Assembly: GCA_032117235.1 (NCBI GenBank)
Contig: JAULZW010000001.1
Location: 10,762 to 74,761 of the forward strand
Origin: Minisyncoccota bacterium
GTDB lineage: Bacteria; Patescibacteriota; Minisyncoccia; SW-4-49-11
Length of the DNA: 64,000 nt
Direction of reading: 5' to 3'
This document shows, piece after piece, positions 40,140-50,195 of the stretch. Under the pieces are notes generated by a model. It ran no database searches, was not told the origin of the DNA, and saw only the letters and a list, made by a program, of their open reading frames with translations. The first letter of the stretch is position 1. Each line of letters opens with the position of its first letter. A program made the translations under genes and the position numbers.

Positions 40140-41342
40140 ATGAAGTTAATTGACAATATTAGACTTAAATTTGCTCCATTGAGTCAGGATATTATTTATC
40201 TTGATTCGGGGGCGTCCGCGCTTACGCCTAATGTGGTTTTGGATGCGATGAATGTGTATTACAGGGAATATCGCTCTAATATTCACAGAGGGTTATATGA
40301 TCTTTCCGAGAGGGCAACTACAGAATATGAGAATGCTCGCGATACAATAGCTCAATTTATTGGGGCGAATAGACCTGAGGAAGTGATTTTCACCCATGGT
40401 ACTACGGATGGTATCAATATGTTTGCAGAATTATTGCAAGATAGATTTGAGGCGGGCCAGAATATTATTATCCCAGTAACTGAACATCATAGTAATATGC
40501 TCCCTTGGCGAGAATTTGCTCGCAGGCAAGGATTAGAAATACGGTATATTGGATTAAGGGGAGGAGTGCTAGATGAGTCAGCTCTTCTTGCTGCTATTGA
40601 TGAGAATACAGCTGTGGTCGCAATAGGACATATATCCAATGTATTAGGGTCAATTCATAATGTGAAAGTAATTGCAGAAAAAGCACATCAAATGGGAGCT
40701 TTATGTATTGTAGATGGAGCTCAGGCTATGGCTCATATACCGATTTCTGTGTCGGAATTAGGAATAGATGCCTATGCTTTTTCTGGGCATAAATTATATG
40801 GACCAACCGGAGTCGGTGTTTTATGGGTGAATTATGAGCTTTTAGAAGGCTTGACACCTACTCGCACGGGTGGGGATATGGTGAATTATGTAAATTTAGA
40901 AAGTATAGAATATGCTCCTATTCCACAAAGATTTGAGGCAGGAACTCCTCCTATTGCGGAGGTAGTCGGTTTAGCTCAGGCTATATCTTGGCTTCAGGAG
41001 CTTGGCTGGGATTATATTCAATATCATGAACAAGATTTAGTACAATATATCTGGGAGCAAGTATCACTTAGGTCTTGGCTCAAGGTTTTAGGAGGAGGTC
41101 AAACCGAAAAAAGAATTGCTTGTTTTTCTTTTGTTATAGATAATATTCATACTCATGATATTGCTTATTTGCTCGCGAAAAAAAATATTTGTGTTCGTGC
41201 AGGACAGCATTGTGCCAGTGGGATTACTCAAGTCTTAGGTATTGCGGGAAGTACTAGAGCTACTTTTGGGATCTATAATACTAAAAGTGAAGTTGATATG
41301 CTAATGAGGTCTTTAGATCAAATTTATTTTAAATTTCAATAA
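40140..41342 (+). CDS. sufS: Cysteine desulfurase SufS
   Basis: YLDSGAS, EHHSN, DGAQ, FSGHKLYGPTG, FEAGTP and RAGQHCA motifs. Confidence 0.95.
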   Translation: MKLIDNIRLKFAPLSQDIIYLDSGASALTPNVVLDAMNVYYREYRSNIHRGLYDLSERATTEYENARDTIAQFIGANRPEEVIFTHGTTDGINMFAELLQDRFEAGQNIIIPVTEHHSNMLPWREFARRQGLEIRYIGLRGGVLDESALLAAIDENTAVVAIGHISNVLGSIHNVKVIAEKAHQMGALCIVDGAQAMAHIPISVSELGIDAYAFSGHKLYGPTGVGVLWVNYELLEGLTPTRTGGDMVNYVNLESIEYAPIPQRFEAGTPPIAEVVGLAQAISWLQELGWDYIQYHEQDLVQYIWEQVSLRSWLKVLGGGQTEKRIACFSFVIDNIHTHDIAYLLAKKNICVRAGQHCASGITQVLGIAGSTRATFGIYNTKSEVDMLMRSLDQIYFKFQ

Positions 41343-41344
41343 TT

Positions 41345-41704
41345 ATGGAGGACATTTATAGAGAATACATTTTGGACTTGTACCGAAACCCTTTGAATAA
41401 AGGTGTTTTGGATAAAACAACTCATAAATTGCATGGACATAATGCTAACTGTGGAGATGATATTTGGCTTTATCTAATACTAAAAGATGAAATAATTCAA
41501 GATATAACTTTTGATGGAGTAGGTTGTGCTTTATGTATTGCTGGGGCTTCTATTACAACTGATAAGTTGAAGGGAATAAGTATCCAAAAATTATCTCAAA
41601 TTTCAACTGAAGAACTATATAATTGGTTAGGTATAGAGATGGAGTTAACTCGCGTCAAATGTGTCACTTTGGCTTTACGAACAGCGCAGAAAGTGTTAAA
41701 ATAA
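41345..41704 (+). CDS. sufU: SufU/NifU-type scaffold or sulfur-transfer protein
   Basis: YREYILD.YRNP.N, NANCGD, GCALC and RVKC motifs. Confidence 0.92.
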   Translation: MEDIYREYILDLYRNPLNKGVLDKTTHKLHGHNANCGDDIWLYLILKDEIIQDITFDGVGCALCIAGASITTDKLKGISIQKLSQISTEELYNWLGIEMELTRVKCVTLALRTAQKVLK

Positions 41705-41725
41705 TACAAATTTGTACTAATATAT

Positions 41726-42433
41726 ATGCTAAAATTACAAAACATTACAATTACCAAAGATGACAAAATCATAGTCTCTGATATTTCTCTTGAGGTTAAA
41801 AAGGGAGATATACATTATCTTATGGGTCCTAATGGCAGTGGTAAAAGCACTTTAGCTTTAGCTATCATGGGTTATCCAGAATATACCTTTGAAGGTAAAA
41901 TTACTTTTGAAGGACAAGATATTTCTAATCTTTCTCCTGACAAAAGAGCTAAATTAGGTTTGTTTTTATCTATGCAATATCCTCCTGCTATCAAGGGAGT
42001 GACTATTTTGAGTTTACTTAAAAATGCTTATCAAGCCATCAATGGCAAGGTGAATGTCTTAGAATTTAGAAAAAGAGTTCTGGTTGAGGCAGAAAAGTTA
42101 GGTCTGAAAGATATTATTTTATCTAGATATGTCAATGATGGTTTTTCTGGAGGTGAAAGAAAAAGATTAGAATTATTGCAATTGATTATCTTGAAGCCCA
42201 AATTATCCATATTAGACGAGCCAGATTCTGGTCTAGATATCGATGTTATTAAATTAATGTCAGCTGAATTACATAGATTATCTAAAGACGGGATGACATT
42301 TTTGATCATTACCCATTTGGGGCAATTGGTTGCTAAGCCAGACAAAGTGACGGTTATCAAAAATGGTGCTGTCACAGAAGAGGGTGGAGTAGATATATTG
42401 TCCAAATTGCAAAAAAAAGGTTTTAATGATTAA
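41726..42433 (+). CDS. sufC: Fe-S assembly ATPase SufC
   Basis: MGPNGSGKST, FSGGERKR.E and LDEPDSGLDID motifs. Confidence 0.95.
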   Translation: MLKLQNITITKDDKIIVSDISLEVKKGDIHYLMGPNGSGKSTLALAIMGYPEYTFEGKITFEGQDISNLSPDKRAKLGLFLSMQYPPAIKGVTILSLLKNAYQAINGKVNVLEFRKRVLVEAEKLGLKDIILSRYVNDGFSGGERKRLELLQLIILKPKLSILDEPDSGLDIDVIKLMSAELHRLSKDGMTFLIITHLGQLVAKPDKVTVIKNGAVTEEGGVDILSKLQKKGFND

Positions 42434-42442
42434 ATAATTACA

Positions 42443-42730
42443 ATGATTATCAAAGATGAGGTTATAGCAGTGTGTCAAACTATTCAAGACCCAGAGGTTC
42501 ATTTAGACATTTATACTTTAGGCCTGATTTATAGTATAGAAATAACTTTGGAACAAGAAATCAATATACTAATGACTTATACCACCCCACTTTGTCCTTT
42601 TGGAGGAAAAATGCAAGAAGAATTAAAAACTGCGTTAACTATCTTGAATCCAAAAGCAGTTAATATTGAGCTTACTTTTAACCCTCCTTGGAAAGTTAGT
42701 AACGAATTAAGAGAGGCTCTAGGAATATAA
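42443..42730 (+). CDS. DUF59/SufT Fe-S assembly protein
   Basis: DPE...DI..LGLIY, TYTTPLCP and FNPPW motifs. Confidence 0.9.
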   Translation: MIIKDEVIAVCQTIQDPEVHLDIYTLGLIYSIEITLEQEINILMTYTTPLCPFGGKMQEELKTALTILNPKAVNIELTFNPPWKVSNELREALGI

Positions 42731-42792
42731 ATTTGTTTGACAAAACCATACCTAGTGTTATAATATTTTTATAATTTTAAACTAAAACTAAT

Positions 42793-44577
42793 ATGATAAA
42801 ACAGTTAAATAAAGACCCAAAACTGTTTATAATACTTGCATCGTGCGTTTCCATAGGTCTGATATCATTTGCAGTTAGTTTTAATATTGTATATGGACGG
42901 GGAGCAACATCGTCTGCAGGTCGATGTGGATCTGGATATACTTTTACACCTTCAACAGGATGGTGGCGCGGAGGGACTTGTACTTGTACAACTAAAACAT
43001 CGTGTAATAAGTGTGGGCAATGTAATACTTGTGGTAGGGCCTATGAAACGACTAGTAGATGGGGAGGAAGAACTTGCGTTAGTCCTACCTGTTCTGCTCC
43101 AGTTTTACAGCCACCTCAGCCTTTTGAATGTAATAATATGGATGTTTCATTTGTAGAAAGATTACCACAGTATAATATTGGCGGACTCCATGCTTCAATA
43201 ACAACTAATGGTAAATATACAGTCAAAGGTATGACAACTCATGGCTCACAGAGCTGTGATGATATCAAACAAGCTATAGCAAACTTTAATTATGATTCCT
43301 GTGCCTATCCAAGTAGTGTCAGTGAAGAGCGTCTAGAAAGAGTGAGTTGGAGCTTTAACAATATGAGAACAGTCAAGGATTGTGGCAACGTGAAATCTAA
43401 ACAACCCTGCCCTGCAGATACTGGTTTTACAACATTAGGTTCAACCTCAAGTCCATATAGTGCATTTACAGAACATAGGACATCATTGCAAAATTCCGCT
43501 CCTAATCAATATAGATGGGGTGACTTGCGTAGTTATGGAATATCCTCCGACAATGCCAAGCAAGGACCATATCCAGTTACTAAATTCTATAATACTAACA
43601 ATTATGCAACATTAAATTTAGCATTCAATTATGAGATGGCATACAGTGGTACTGATGGTCATGAGGCACCATGTTGGTCTACTGGCCCATCTTGGAAAGA
43701 ATGTCATTATGTTCAATATTATAAATATATTCCAAGAATAAAACAACCAAATATAAAAATAGATTCATACATTATAAGTCATAGAGATAGAACTCAAGCT
43801 ATATATAGAAATAGTCCAATTAGAAAATCTTGGGAAATTGAAAATGCTAATGCTGGCAGTTGCAATATAGAAACAAAAAATGATTCAGGAGCAGTAATTG
43901 ATTCGCTTTCTAGAAGCGGATTAAACATTGACTTTAAACAGAGTCCTCAAACTGTAGATTTTTTACCTATTAATGGCGCAACAGGACAATATCTTGAAAA
44001 TGTAGATAAAAATGCAAACTATACAATTGGATATGATCCAAATAGAATACAGCCAGGTGATTATACTAGTAATTTAACCTGTAATCTTAGTATAAACTGT
44101 TCATTAGGTAGTAGTGGTGATGATTGTAAAAGATCATATCCAGATAATCCTTATAATAATCCAATAACAGTTTCTGTTAATAAAGACTTTACAATATCTG
44201 AAGATAAAAAAGTTAGTCTAACAGCCTCAGCCAACCCATCAATAGTTAGCAGAAGATCTACAAGAACTAAGATAGAAGCTAGAGTAACAGGCGCAACATC
44301 TGGAGACAAACATAAGTATAAAATTACAAAAATTCCAAAAGGGTATCAGTTGCTTTCTAATGCAGAAATAGTTACAAATGCTAATGCTGGGGGAAATTCT
44401 ACAGTATCTTGGGATGTGGGATTATATATTGATCCTAAAACAAATTCATCTGAGGCAGAAATAGGTACTTCAGAATTTGTTATAGAAATGATTGATGAGC
44501 CATATGACAACCTTTATACTGCTACCGCAAAAGTAACTTATCTTGGAACTAGAGATGTAAGAGAAGTTGCTCCATAA
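42793..44577 (+). CDS. Large secreted or membrane-anchored cysteine-rich protein
   Basis: N-terminal TM/signal, dense Cys cluster, beta-rich C-terminus ending VREVAP; own TTGACA/TATAAT promoter at 42737-42764. Confidence 0.8.
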   Translation: MIKQLNKDPKLFIILASCVSIGLISFAVSFNIVYGRGATSSAGRCGSGYTFTPSTGWWRGGTCTCTTKTSCNKCGQCNTCGRAYETTSRWGGRTCVSPTCSAPVLQPPQPFECNNMDVSFVERLPQYNIGGLHASITTNGKYTVKGMTTHGSQSCDDIKQAIANFNYDSCAYPSSVSEERLERVSWSFNNMRTVKDCGNVKSKQPCPADTGFTTLGSTSSPYSAFTEHRTSLQNSAPNQYRWGDLRSYGISSDNAKQGPYPVTKFYNTNNYATLNLAFNYEMAYSGTDGHEAPCWSTGPSWKECHYVQYYKYIPRIKQPNIKIDSYIISHRDRTQAIYRNSPIRKSWEIENANAGSCNIETKNDSGAVIDSLSRSGLNIDFKQSPQTVDFLPINGATGQYLENVDKNANYTIGYDPNRIQPGDYTSNLTCNLSINCSLGSSGDDCKRSYPDNPYNNPITVSVNKDFTISEDKKVSLTASANPSIVSRRSTRTKIEARVTGATSGDKHKYKITKIPKGYQLLSNAEIVTNANAGGNSTVSWDVGLYIDPKTNSSEAEIGTSEFVIEMIDEPYDNLYTATAKVTYLGTRDVREVAP

Positions 44578-44614
44578 TAACAAAAAGTTGTAAAAATAAG
44601 ATAGACTTAATTTT

Positions 44615-45370
44615 ATGGTAAAAAGTAAACATTTTTTACTATCGTTGATATTAATATTTCTTTGTACAATATGCATATATTTAACCACTATATCATATAG
44701 AATAATTCAAAAATTACAGTTTTATCCAGAATGTAAGAATTACAGTTATGAGGAAAGAAAGAATTTTTTAAGCAAAATAACATATATTCATGGGACTATC
44801 ACTTCTATAAAAGACGATAAGATAGAAGTATATGTAAACTATAATCCGAGAAATAGATGGAAATGTTCACAAATGGAATCGCCATATAAAGATTATTTGG
44901 GATTTACTAAAAAGACATATTCAGTTTATTTAAATCATAGTACTCCAATTTACTCAATGTATGAGCCTATTAGTGAAAGTGTTCCAAACGACCATACTCC
45001 CAGAAAAAACCCATCTCCTGAAGTAGGGATTCCATCAGAAGATGAATTTATGAGTGAGTCATATAAAAAAGAAGACTTAATAATAGGATATAGGGTCGCT
45101 GTTCTGGCATCAAAACCAGTTCTTAAGCAAGATTCATTTGATGCTGACTTATTATTAATTTATCCAGAAAGAGATATAACATATTCTGGTATATTATTTA
45201 TAATAATATTTATAATGATAGGATTAGGAGGTTATTATACAATAGAAATTATTACTAATATACTTTTTTATCTTACAAAAAATAAAAATATAAACCTATT
45301 TGCTACAATAATAAGACCAATGATTGTAGTAGGCTTTTTTGTATGGTATTTTTTATCACATTATATTTAA
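44615..45370 (+). CDS. Hypothetical membrane protein
   Basis: N-terminal TM and two C-terminal TM segments. Confidence 0.7.
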   Translation: MVKSKHFLLSLILIFLCTICIYLTTISYRIIQKLQFYPECKNYSYEERKNFLSKITYIHGTITSIKDDKIEVYVNYNPRNRWKCSQMESPYKDYLGFTKKTYSVYLNHSTPIYSMYEPISESVPNDHTPRKNPSPEVGIPSEDEFMSESYKKEDLIIGYRVAVLASKPVLKQDSFDADLLLIYPERDITYSGILFIIIFIMIGLGGYYTIEIITNILFYLTKNKNINLFATIIRPMIVVGFFVWYFLSHYI

Positions 45371-45373
45371 TTT

Positions 45374-45970
45374 ATGCCTCTACTTCAAAATTTCTTAGAA
45401 AATATATACAACTTTCTTCCCATTGATAGCAATCTTATGTCTGAGTATATTATAAAACAAATAATAATTTTTATAGTTATTAATGTATTTATATTATTAA
45501 TTCAAATATTAATAATGAAATCTAAAATAAAAGAAACATTATATATAACTATTCCAATTCTTTTAATTAATAAAATATTAATTTTACCCATTCTTAATGA
45601 TATAGTATTTATAACCCATGTATCATTAATGTATGTTATAGCATTTATGATTATATCCACTCTATTAGATATGGAAAGCTTTAAATTATATATGAATGAT
45701 TACAAAAAATTATGTAAATTTTATCAAATCATCTCTATAATTTTACAAATACTTATAATAATTATTCTTATAACTCAGCCAATACTAAATCTGCTGACTA
45801 TAATTGGAATAGCTTTATATTTAACACCTTTGATAATTGATATTTGTAATTTTAAATCAAATTTTAAAAATACTTTCAAACTAAATATTTATAAATACTC
45901 ATATCAATATCTAATGATAATTATATTGATTCTCGTATCAAAAATAATAGATCCAATACACTTTATATAA
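45374..45970 (+). CDS. Hypothetical Ile-rich membrane protein
   Basis: Extremely AT-rich ORF with about 6 TM segments, 3 bp after the previous gene. Confidence 0.6.
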   Translation: MPLLQNFLENIYNFLPIDSNLMSEYIIKQIIIFIVINVFILLIQILIMKSKIKETLYITIPILLINKILILPILNDIVFITHVSLMYVIAFMIISTLLDMESFKLYMNDYKKLCKFYQIISIILQILIIIILITQPILNLLTIIGIALYLTPLIIDICNFKSNFKNTFKLNIYKYSYQYLMIIILILVSKIIDPIHFI

Positions 45971-46094
45971 AACAAAATAAAAGTGTTTTAATATAAAAAG
46001 TTCTTGATCTTAAATATGGACTAACAATTAATTTTACTTGACAAATTTATTCATATTCTATATAATATTTGTATAATTTTAAACTAACATAAAT

Positions 46095-46868
46095 ATGAAC
46101 AAATTATTCAAGATCTCTTTAATATCAGGTATAGTAGTTTCTCTTGGAATAACTGCTTTTGGTAGGGCTGTTTTTGCCCAAGAATCTAATTCTGAAGCAG
46201 TTCAAAACACAAATTCCGAGACAAAAGATGATCCGCAAACAACTAGAGGTAAATCTAATCAGGATTTGAGAAGTAGTCCAGTAGGAAAAAAGCCACTGCC
46301 TTCTGACACACAAGAGATGTCTTCTAGATCTACTGAACAAAAGAGACAGGATATAGGACAAAGGGAGGTAAATGTAGTAGGAAAAAATGCAGATAGAGAG
46401 AAAAAAATAAAAGAAAAGTGTGACTCTGTTGGTGTTAAAATTGTAAACCATCAGGATTTATTTAAGTCAAAATCTCAAGATAGAATTGCGAAGTACAATC
46501 AAATTGTTTCTAGATTAGATTCCTTTTCATTAAAATTGTCAGAAAATGGAGTAGATGTCAGTACTTATAACTCCTATGTTTCTGAATTAAAGATTAAAAT
46601 CGATGCTTTTAAGCTTTTGAATCAAAACTACACTAACTTGTTTACCTTTAAAGCCAATACAGGAGAATTCTGTAATAATAAAGAGAGATTATCTACCGAA
46701 GTAGATGTCAGAAAAGAAAGATTACAGCTAATAATTGAGAAAGATAAGGAAATAAGAACCTATATTAAAGATACTATTGTGTCATATCTAAAAACTGTAA
46801 AGCCGGAGCGAGATAATGTATCTAATCCAAATAAACCTAACACCTCAAATTCAGAAATAAGACAATAA
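46095..46868 (+). CDS. Secreted coiled-coil protein
   Basis: Signal peptide ending AVFA and a helical charged body; consensus promoter at 46038-46066. Confidence 0.75.
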   Translation: MNKLFKISLISGIVVSLGITAFGRAVFAQESNSEAVQNTNSETKDDPQTTRGKSNQDLRSSPVGKKPLPSDTQEMSSRSTEQKRQDIGQREVNVVGKNADREKKIKEKCDSVGVKIVNHQDLFKSKSQDRIAKYNQIVSRLDSFSLKLSENGVDVSTYNSYVSELKIKIDAFKLLNQNYTNLFTFKANTGEFCNNKERLSTEVDVRKERLQLIIEKDKEIRTYIKDTIVSYLKTVKPERDNVSNPNKPNTSNSEIRQ

Positions 46869-46885
46869 AAATTAAGCTCAACAAT

Positions 46886-47311
46886 ATGGAAAATCAAGAA
46901 TTAAATAGTAATGCTAAACTAACCTCTTTTTCTCAAGAAGAAGCAACTCCAGTTATTAAAGATTCAAATAATCAAACTCAAAGTAATAAAGACCCAATTA
47001 ATATTGGTGACAAGGATATTGTAAGTAGACCTTTATTGTGGGGCTTGGTTATCTTTCTTGTATTTTTCTCTCTTGTAGTAGGTGGGACTAGTGTTTATCG
47101 AATATATCAAGATAATATGATGGTGGAAGAAGAAGTTTCTACTACTCCTAGCGATGTTACTGAGACACTAATACCTAATACTGCGGTCAAAGATACGGCT
47201 CCTGTTTCATCTGACCCAGCTCAAGAAGCTATTGTAGTTGAATCCGAGATACAGTCTATAGACTCTAATTTAGAGGAGAATGTATATTCTGACGAAGCTT
47301 TAGGTTTATAA
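46886..47311 (+). CDS. Hypothetical single-TM protein
   Basis: Central TM helix and acidic tail. Confidence 0.7.
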   Translation: MENQELNSNAKLTSFSQEEATPVIKDSNNQTQSNKDPINIGDKDIVSRPLLWGLVIFLVFFSLVVGGTSVYRIYQDNMMVEEEVSTTPSDVTETLIPNTAVKDTAPVSSDPAQEAIVVESEIQSIDSNLEENVYSDEALGL

Positions 47312-47392
47312 AGTAATACTTTTAATTTGACAATAAATTTTATCTAGAGTAGTCTATTGTTATAATAATAGAACATCTAAATTTGAATTATA

Positions 47393-48757
47393 ATGAAATA
47401 CTTTGTTATTACAGGAGCTACTGGAGACTTAGCTGTGACTAAGCTGTACCCAGCTTTATCTGAAATTTTTACTTATAATAAAGATATGCCAGATATACAA
47501 TTTTTGGGAGCAGGTAGAAAAGATTTATCACAGAAAGAATATCAGGAATTAATCACTAATAGCCTAAATAAAACTTTAGGCCAGTTAGATTTTATTCAAA
47601 ATTTAAATTATGTCCAGGTAGATTTCAATAATATTGAAACAATAAACAATTTTTTTACAGCATATAATATTCAAGATGGAGATGAAGTTATCTGGTATAT
47701 GGCTATACCACCTCAAGCTTTTAATTCAGTTATAGACACTTTGGCTTCTGTAAAGCAAAAATATTCAGATATAAAATATAAGCTTGTTTTCGAAAAACCC
47801 TTTGGATTTGATTTAAATTCAGCTCAGAGTTTGAATAAGAAACTATACGAACACTTTTTAGAATCAGAAATTTATAGGGTTGATCACTATCTAGGAAAAG
47901 AGACAATACAAAATATTTTAGCTCTTAGATTTGGAAATAGTATGTTTGAACCACTTTTAAATAACCATTATGTAGAGTCAATCAGTATCGATGTCTGGGA
48001 AGAGAGGGGCATAGATAAAAGAGCCGATTATTTTGACAAAACAGGTATTATAAAGGATATTTTACAAAATCATATTTTACAAACTTTAGCTTTGATAGCT
48101 ATGGAAGCCCCAGTTACTATGGAAGCAGAATATATTCGGGATGAAAAACATAAATTAATTAAATCTTTAAGACCAATTCAACATCAAGATGTATTGTTGG
48201 GACAATATATATCATCTGGAGAAAAGAAAGGTTATTTGCAGGAGGAAGGAGTAGCTACTAGCTCTAAAACTGAGACCTATGTACAACTGACTTCGTATAT
48301 AGATAATCTTAGATGGGAGGGAGTTCCAATTTATATATCCACAGGTAAAAGACTATCTGAAAATAAAGCCGAGATTAAATTGTCTTTTAAGTCACGATTT
48401 AAGTATTTTAGTCATATAGATGAAGGCTGTAATCCTCAAAAAAACGAATTAGTAATTTGCATACAACCTAATGAGGAGGTTTATTATAAAGTTAATGCTA
48501 AATTCCCAGGAAAAGGAATGTGTATACAGCCAGTAAAACTTAATTTCACTTATGAAGAATCATTCGGACAACGCAGTCAAGGGGCTTATACCCGGCTAAT
48601 TCAAGATATTTTAGTCTCAGATCAATCATTATTTATCCGAGCTGATGAAATTGAAGCTGCCTGGAATTATGTGGACTCTTTAATTCAATCGAATACTATG
48701 AAAGAGAGACAACTTGTATTCTATGAGGCAGGAAGTAATCCAAATGATATAAGATAA
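47393..48757 (+). CDS. zwf: Glucose-6-phosphate 1-dehydrogenase
   Basis: GATGDLA, EKPFG, RVDHYLGKE, D..QNH and RWEGVP motifs. Confidence 0.97.
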   Translation: MKYFVITGATGDLAVTKLYPALSEIFTYNKDMPDIQFLGAGRKDLSQKEYQELITNSLNKTLGQLDFIQNLNYVQVDFNNIETINNFFTAYNIQDGDEVIWYMAIPPQAFNSVIDTLASVKQKYSDIKYKLVFEKPFGFDLNSAQSLNKKLYEHFLESEIYRVDHYLGKETIQNILALRFGNSMFEPLLNNHYVESISIDVWEERGIDKRADYFDKTGIIKDILQNHILQTLALIAMEAPVTMEAEYIRDEKHKLIKSLRPIQHQDVLLGQYISSGEKKGYLQEEGVATSSKTETYVQLTSYIDNLRWEGVPIYISTGKRLSENKAEIKLSFKSRFKYFSHIDEGCNPQKNELVICIQPNEEVYYKVNAKFPGKGMCIQPVKLNFTYEESFGQRSQGAYTRLIQDILVSDQSLFIRADEIEAAWNYVDSLIQSNTMKERQLVFYEAGSNPNDIR

Positions 48758-48759
48758 TA

Positions 48760-49266
48760 TTACACTTTTAACAAATACCCCAGACTCGATTGGCAGCACA
48801 GTGCGACAGCCAGGCCATCAGCAGCATCATCTGGTTTGGGGATAGATTTTAACCCTAGAATTGTCGCTACCATTTGTTGCATTTGGGCTTTAGGGGCTTT
48901 GCCATAACCTGTTATCGCTTGTTTGATTTGTAGGGGGGTAAATTCGAATAATTGAAGATTATGTAATTCGGCATTAAGAAGTACAACTCCTCGAGACTGT
49001 GCTACGGTGATAATAGTAGTTGTATTGCGAAAAAAGAATAATTTTTCAACCGCAATAATATTAGGTTTATGAGTGGCAATAATCTCTTTGAGGCTCTCAT
49101 CTATAATAGCAAGTCTCTTAGAGTCTGAGAGATGAGATTCTGTGGTAATAACTCCATAATCCACTACATTGGATACGCGAGATAGGGAAGTGTCAATAAT
49201 ACCAAATCCTGTGGTGGCTGTCCCTGGGTCAATGCCGAGAATACGATAGGGGGAATTACTGTCCAT
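48760..49266 (-). CDS. ruvC: Holliday junction resolvase RuvC
   Basis: ILGIDPG, VEKLFF, TP.QIKQ..TGYG.A.K and DDAADGLA motifs. Confidence 0.97.
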   Translation of the reverse strand: MDSNSPYRILGIDPGTATTGFGIIDTSLSRVSNVVDYGVITTESHLSDSKRLAIIDESLKEIIATHKPNIIAVEKLFFFRNTTTIITVAQSRGVVLLNAELHNLQLFEFTPLQIKQAITGYGKAPKAQMQQMVATILGLKSIPKPDDAADGLAVALCCQSSLGYLLKV

Positions 49267-49269
49267 ACT

Positions 49270-49803
49270 CTAAATGGAAGCAGTAGTCCAAATCTCCTCT
49301 ACATCATCTAATTCTTCGATGATTTCAATGATAGCTTCTAACTTTTCTCGAGCCTCTTCAGTAATTTTAGTCGGGATATTTACTTTATACTCTTGCTCTC
49401 TGACAATCTCCTCAAACATCCAAATCACTGATCCACTAGCCCCAAGACTACCCCCATTTTTGGATAAAAGATGACGTAAATCAGCCACAGTACGATTGCC
49501 ATTATCGGTATAGGTCTTGATCAGAAGCCCAACCCCCTCAGGACCAAATCCTTCATAAATCACAACTTGCCCATTTGTATTAGCAGCCTTTTCTAATATA
49601 CGATTAATATTGTCTTTTGGCATATTAACTTCTTTTGCCTTCTCGAGAGCTAAGCGGAGTTCTGGATTCATAGCAGGATCCGTAGAACCTTTGCGAGCCG
49701 CAATTTGAATAAGTTTTACCACTTTAGAAAAATTTTGAGCTTTGAGTTTATCTGTAGCAGCTTTTTTATGCTTAATTTTAGAAAATTTATTATGCCCAGC
49801 CAT
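49270..49803 (-). CDS. yebC: YebC/PmpR family protein (short form)
   Basis: MAGHNKF..IKHKK, NP.LR, YEGFGP.G and TDN.NRT motifs. Confidence 0.93.
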   Translation of the reverse strand: MAGHNKFSKIKHKKAATDKLKAQNFSKVVKLIQIAARKGSTDPAMNPELRLALEKAKEVNMPKDNINRILEKAANTNGQVVIYEGFGPEGVGLLIKTYTDNGNRTVADLRHLLSKNGGSLGASGSVIWMFEEIVREQEYKVNIPTKITEEAREKLEAIIEIIEELDDVEEIWTTASI

Positions 49804-49859
49804 AGCTTTATTATTACTTTACTAAGTATAATTATACCATAAAATTAGCTTATTTTCAA

Positions 49860-49900
49860 GGATTGGGGGGTGATTTATCCTCCAAAGGAGGACAATTTTT
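49860..49900. repeat. Remnant of the REP-like unit
   Basis: CCTCCAAAGGAGGACAA is the reverse complement of the left end of copy A. Confidence 0.6.
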
Positions 49901-50024
49901 ATTCTGATTTGCTGTTATTAGACTGGGAATATATATCCTTTTGTCTACGATTTACTCATCTCGTACATAATATTGTGTGATTGAGAGAGAGGTGATATAC
50001 TAAAATTAGATTGAATATAATTGT

Positions 50025-50195
50025 ATGAATAAATCATCAAAACAAGTAAATCAAAATTCTAAAAAAAGCTATAGACCAGCTTATCATTTTGACGATGCTC
50101 TCAGAGCACTTACAGAAGATGTTAGAAAAATTATAGAAAAAGAAGAAAGAGAGCAAAATAAGATGGAATTATCTTATGGAGCAAATAAGAAATAA
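50025..50195 (+). CDS. Small protein, putative antitoxin
   Basis: 56-aa ORF (MNKSSKQ...GANKK) overlapping the start of the PIN gene; below the ORF-track cutoff. Confidence 0.55.
   Translation: MNKSSKQVNQNSKKSYRPAYHFDDALRALTEDVRKIIEKEEREQNKMELSYGANKK

Noticed and set aside
49270-49803. Short YebC as a pseudogene
   Set aside because: Intact ORF with N- and C-terminal motifs; an internally shortened form is more likely than decay.
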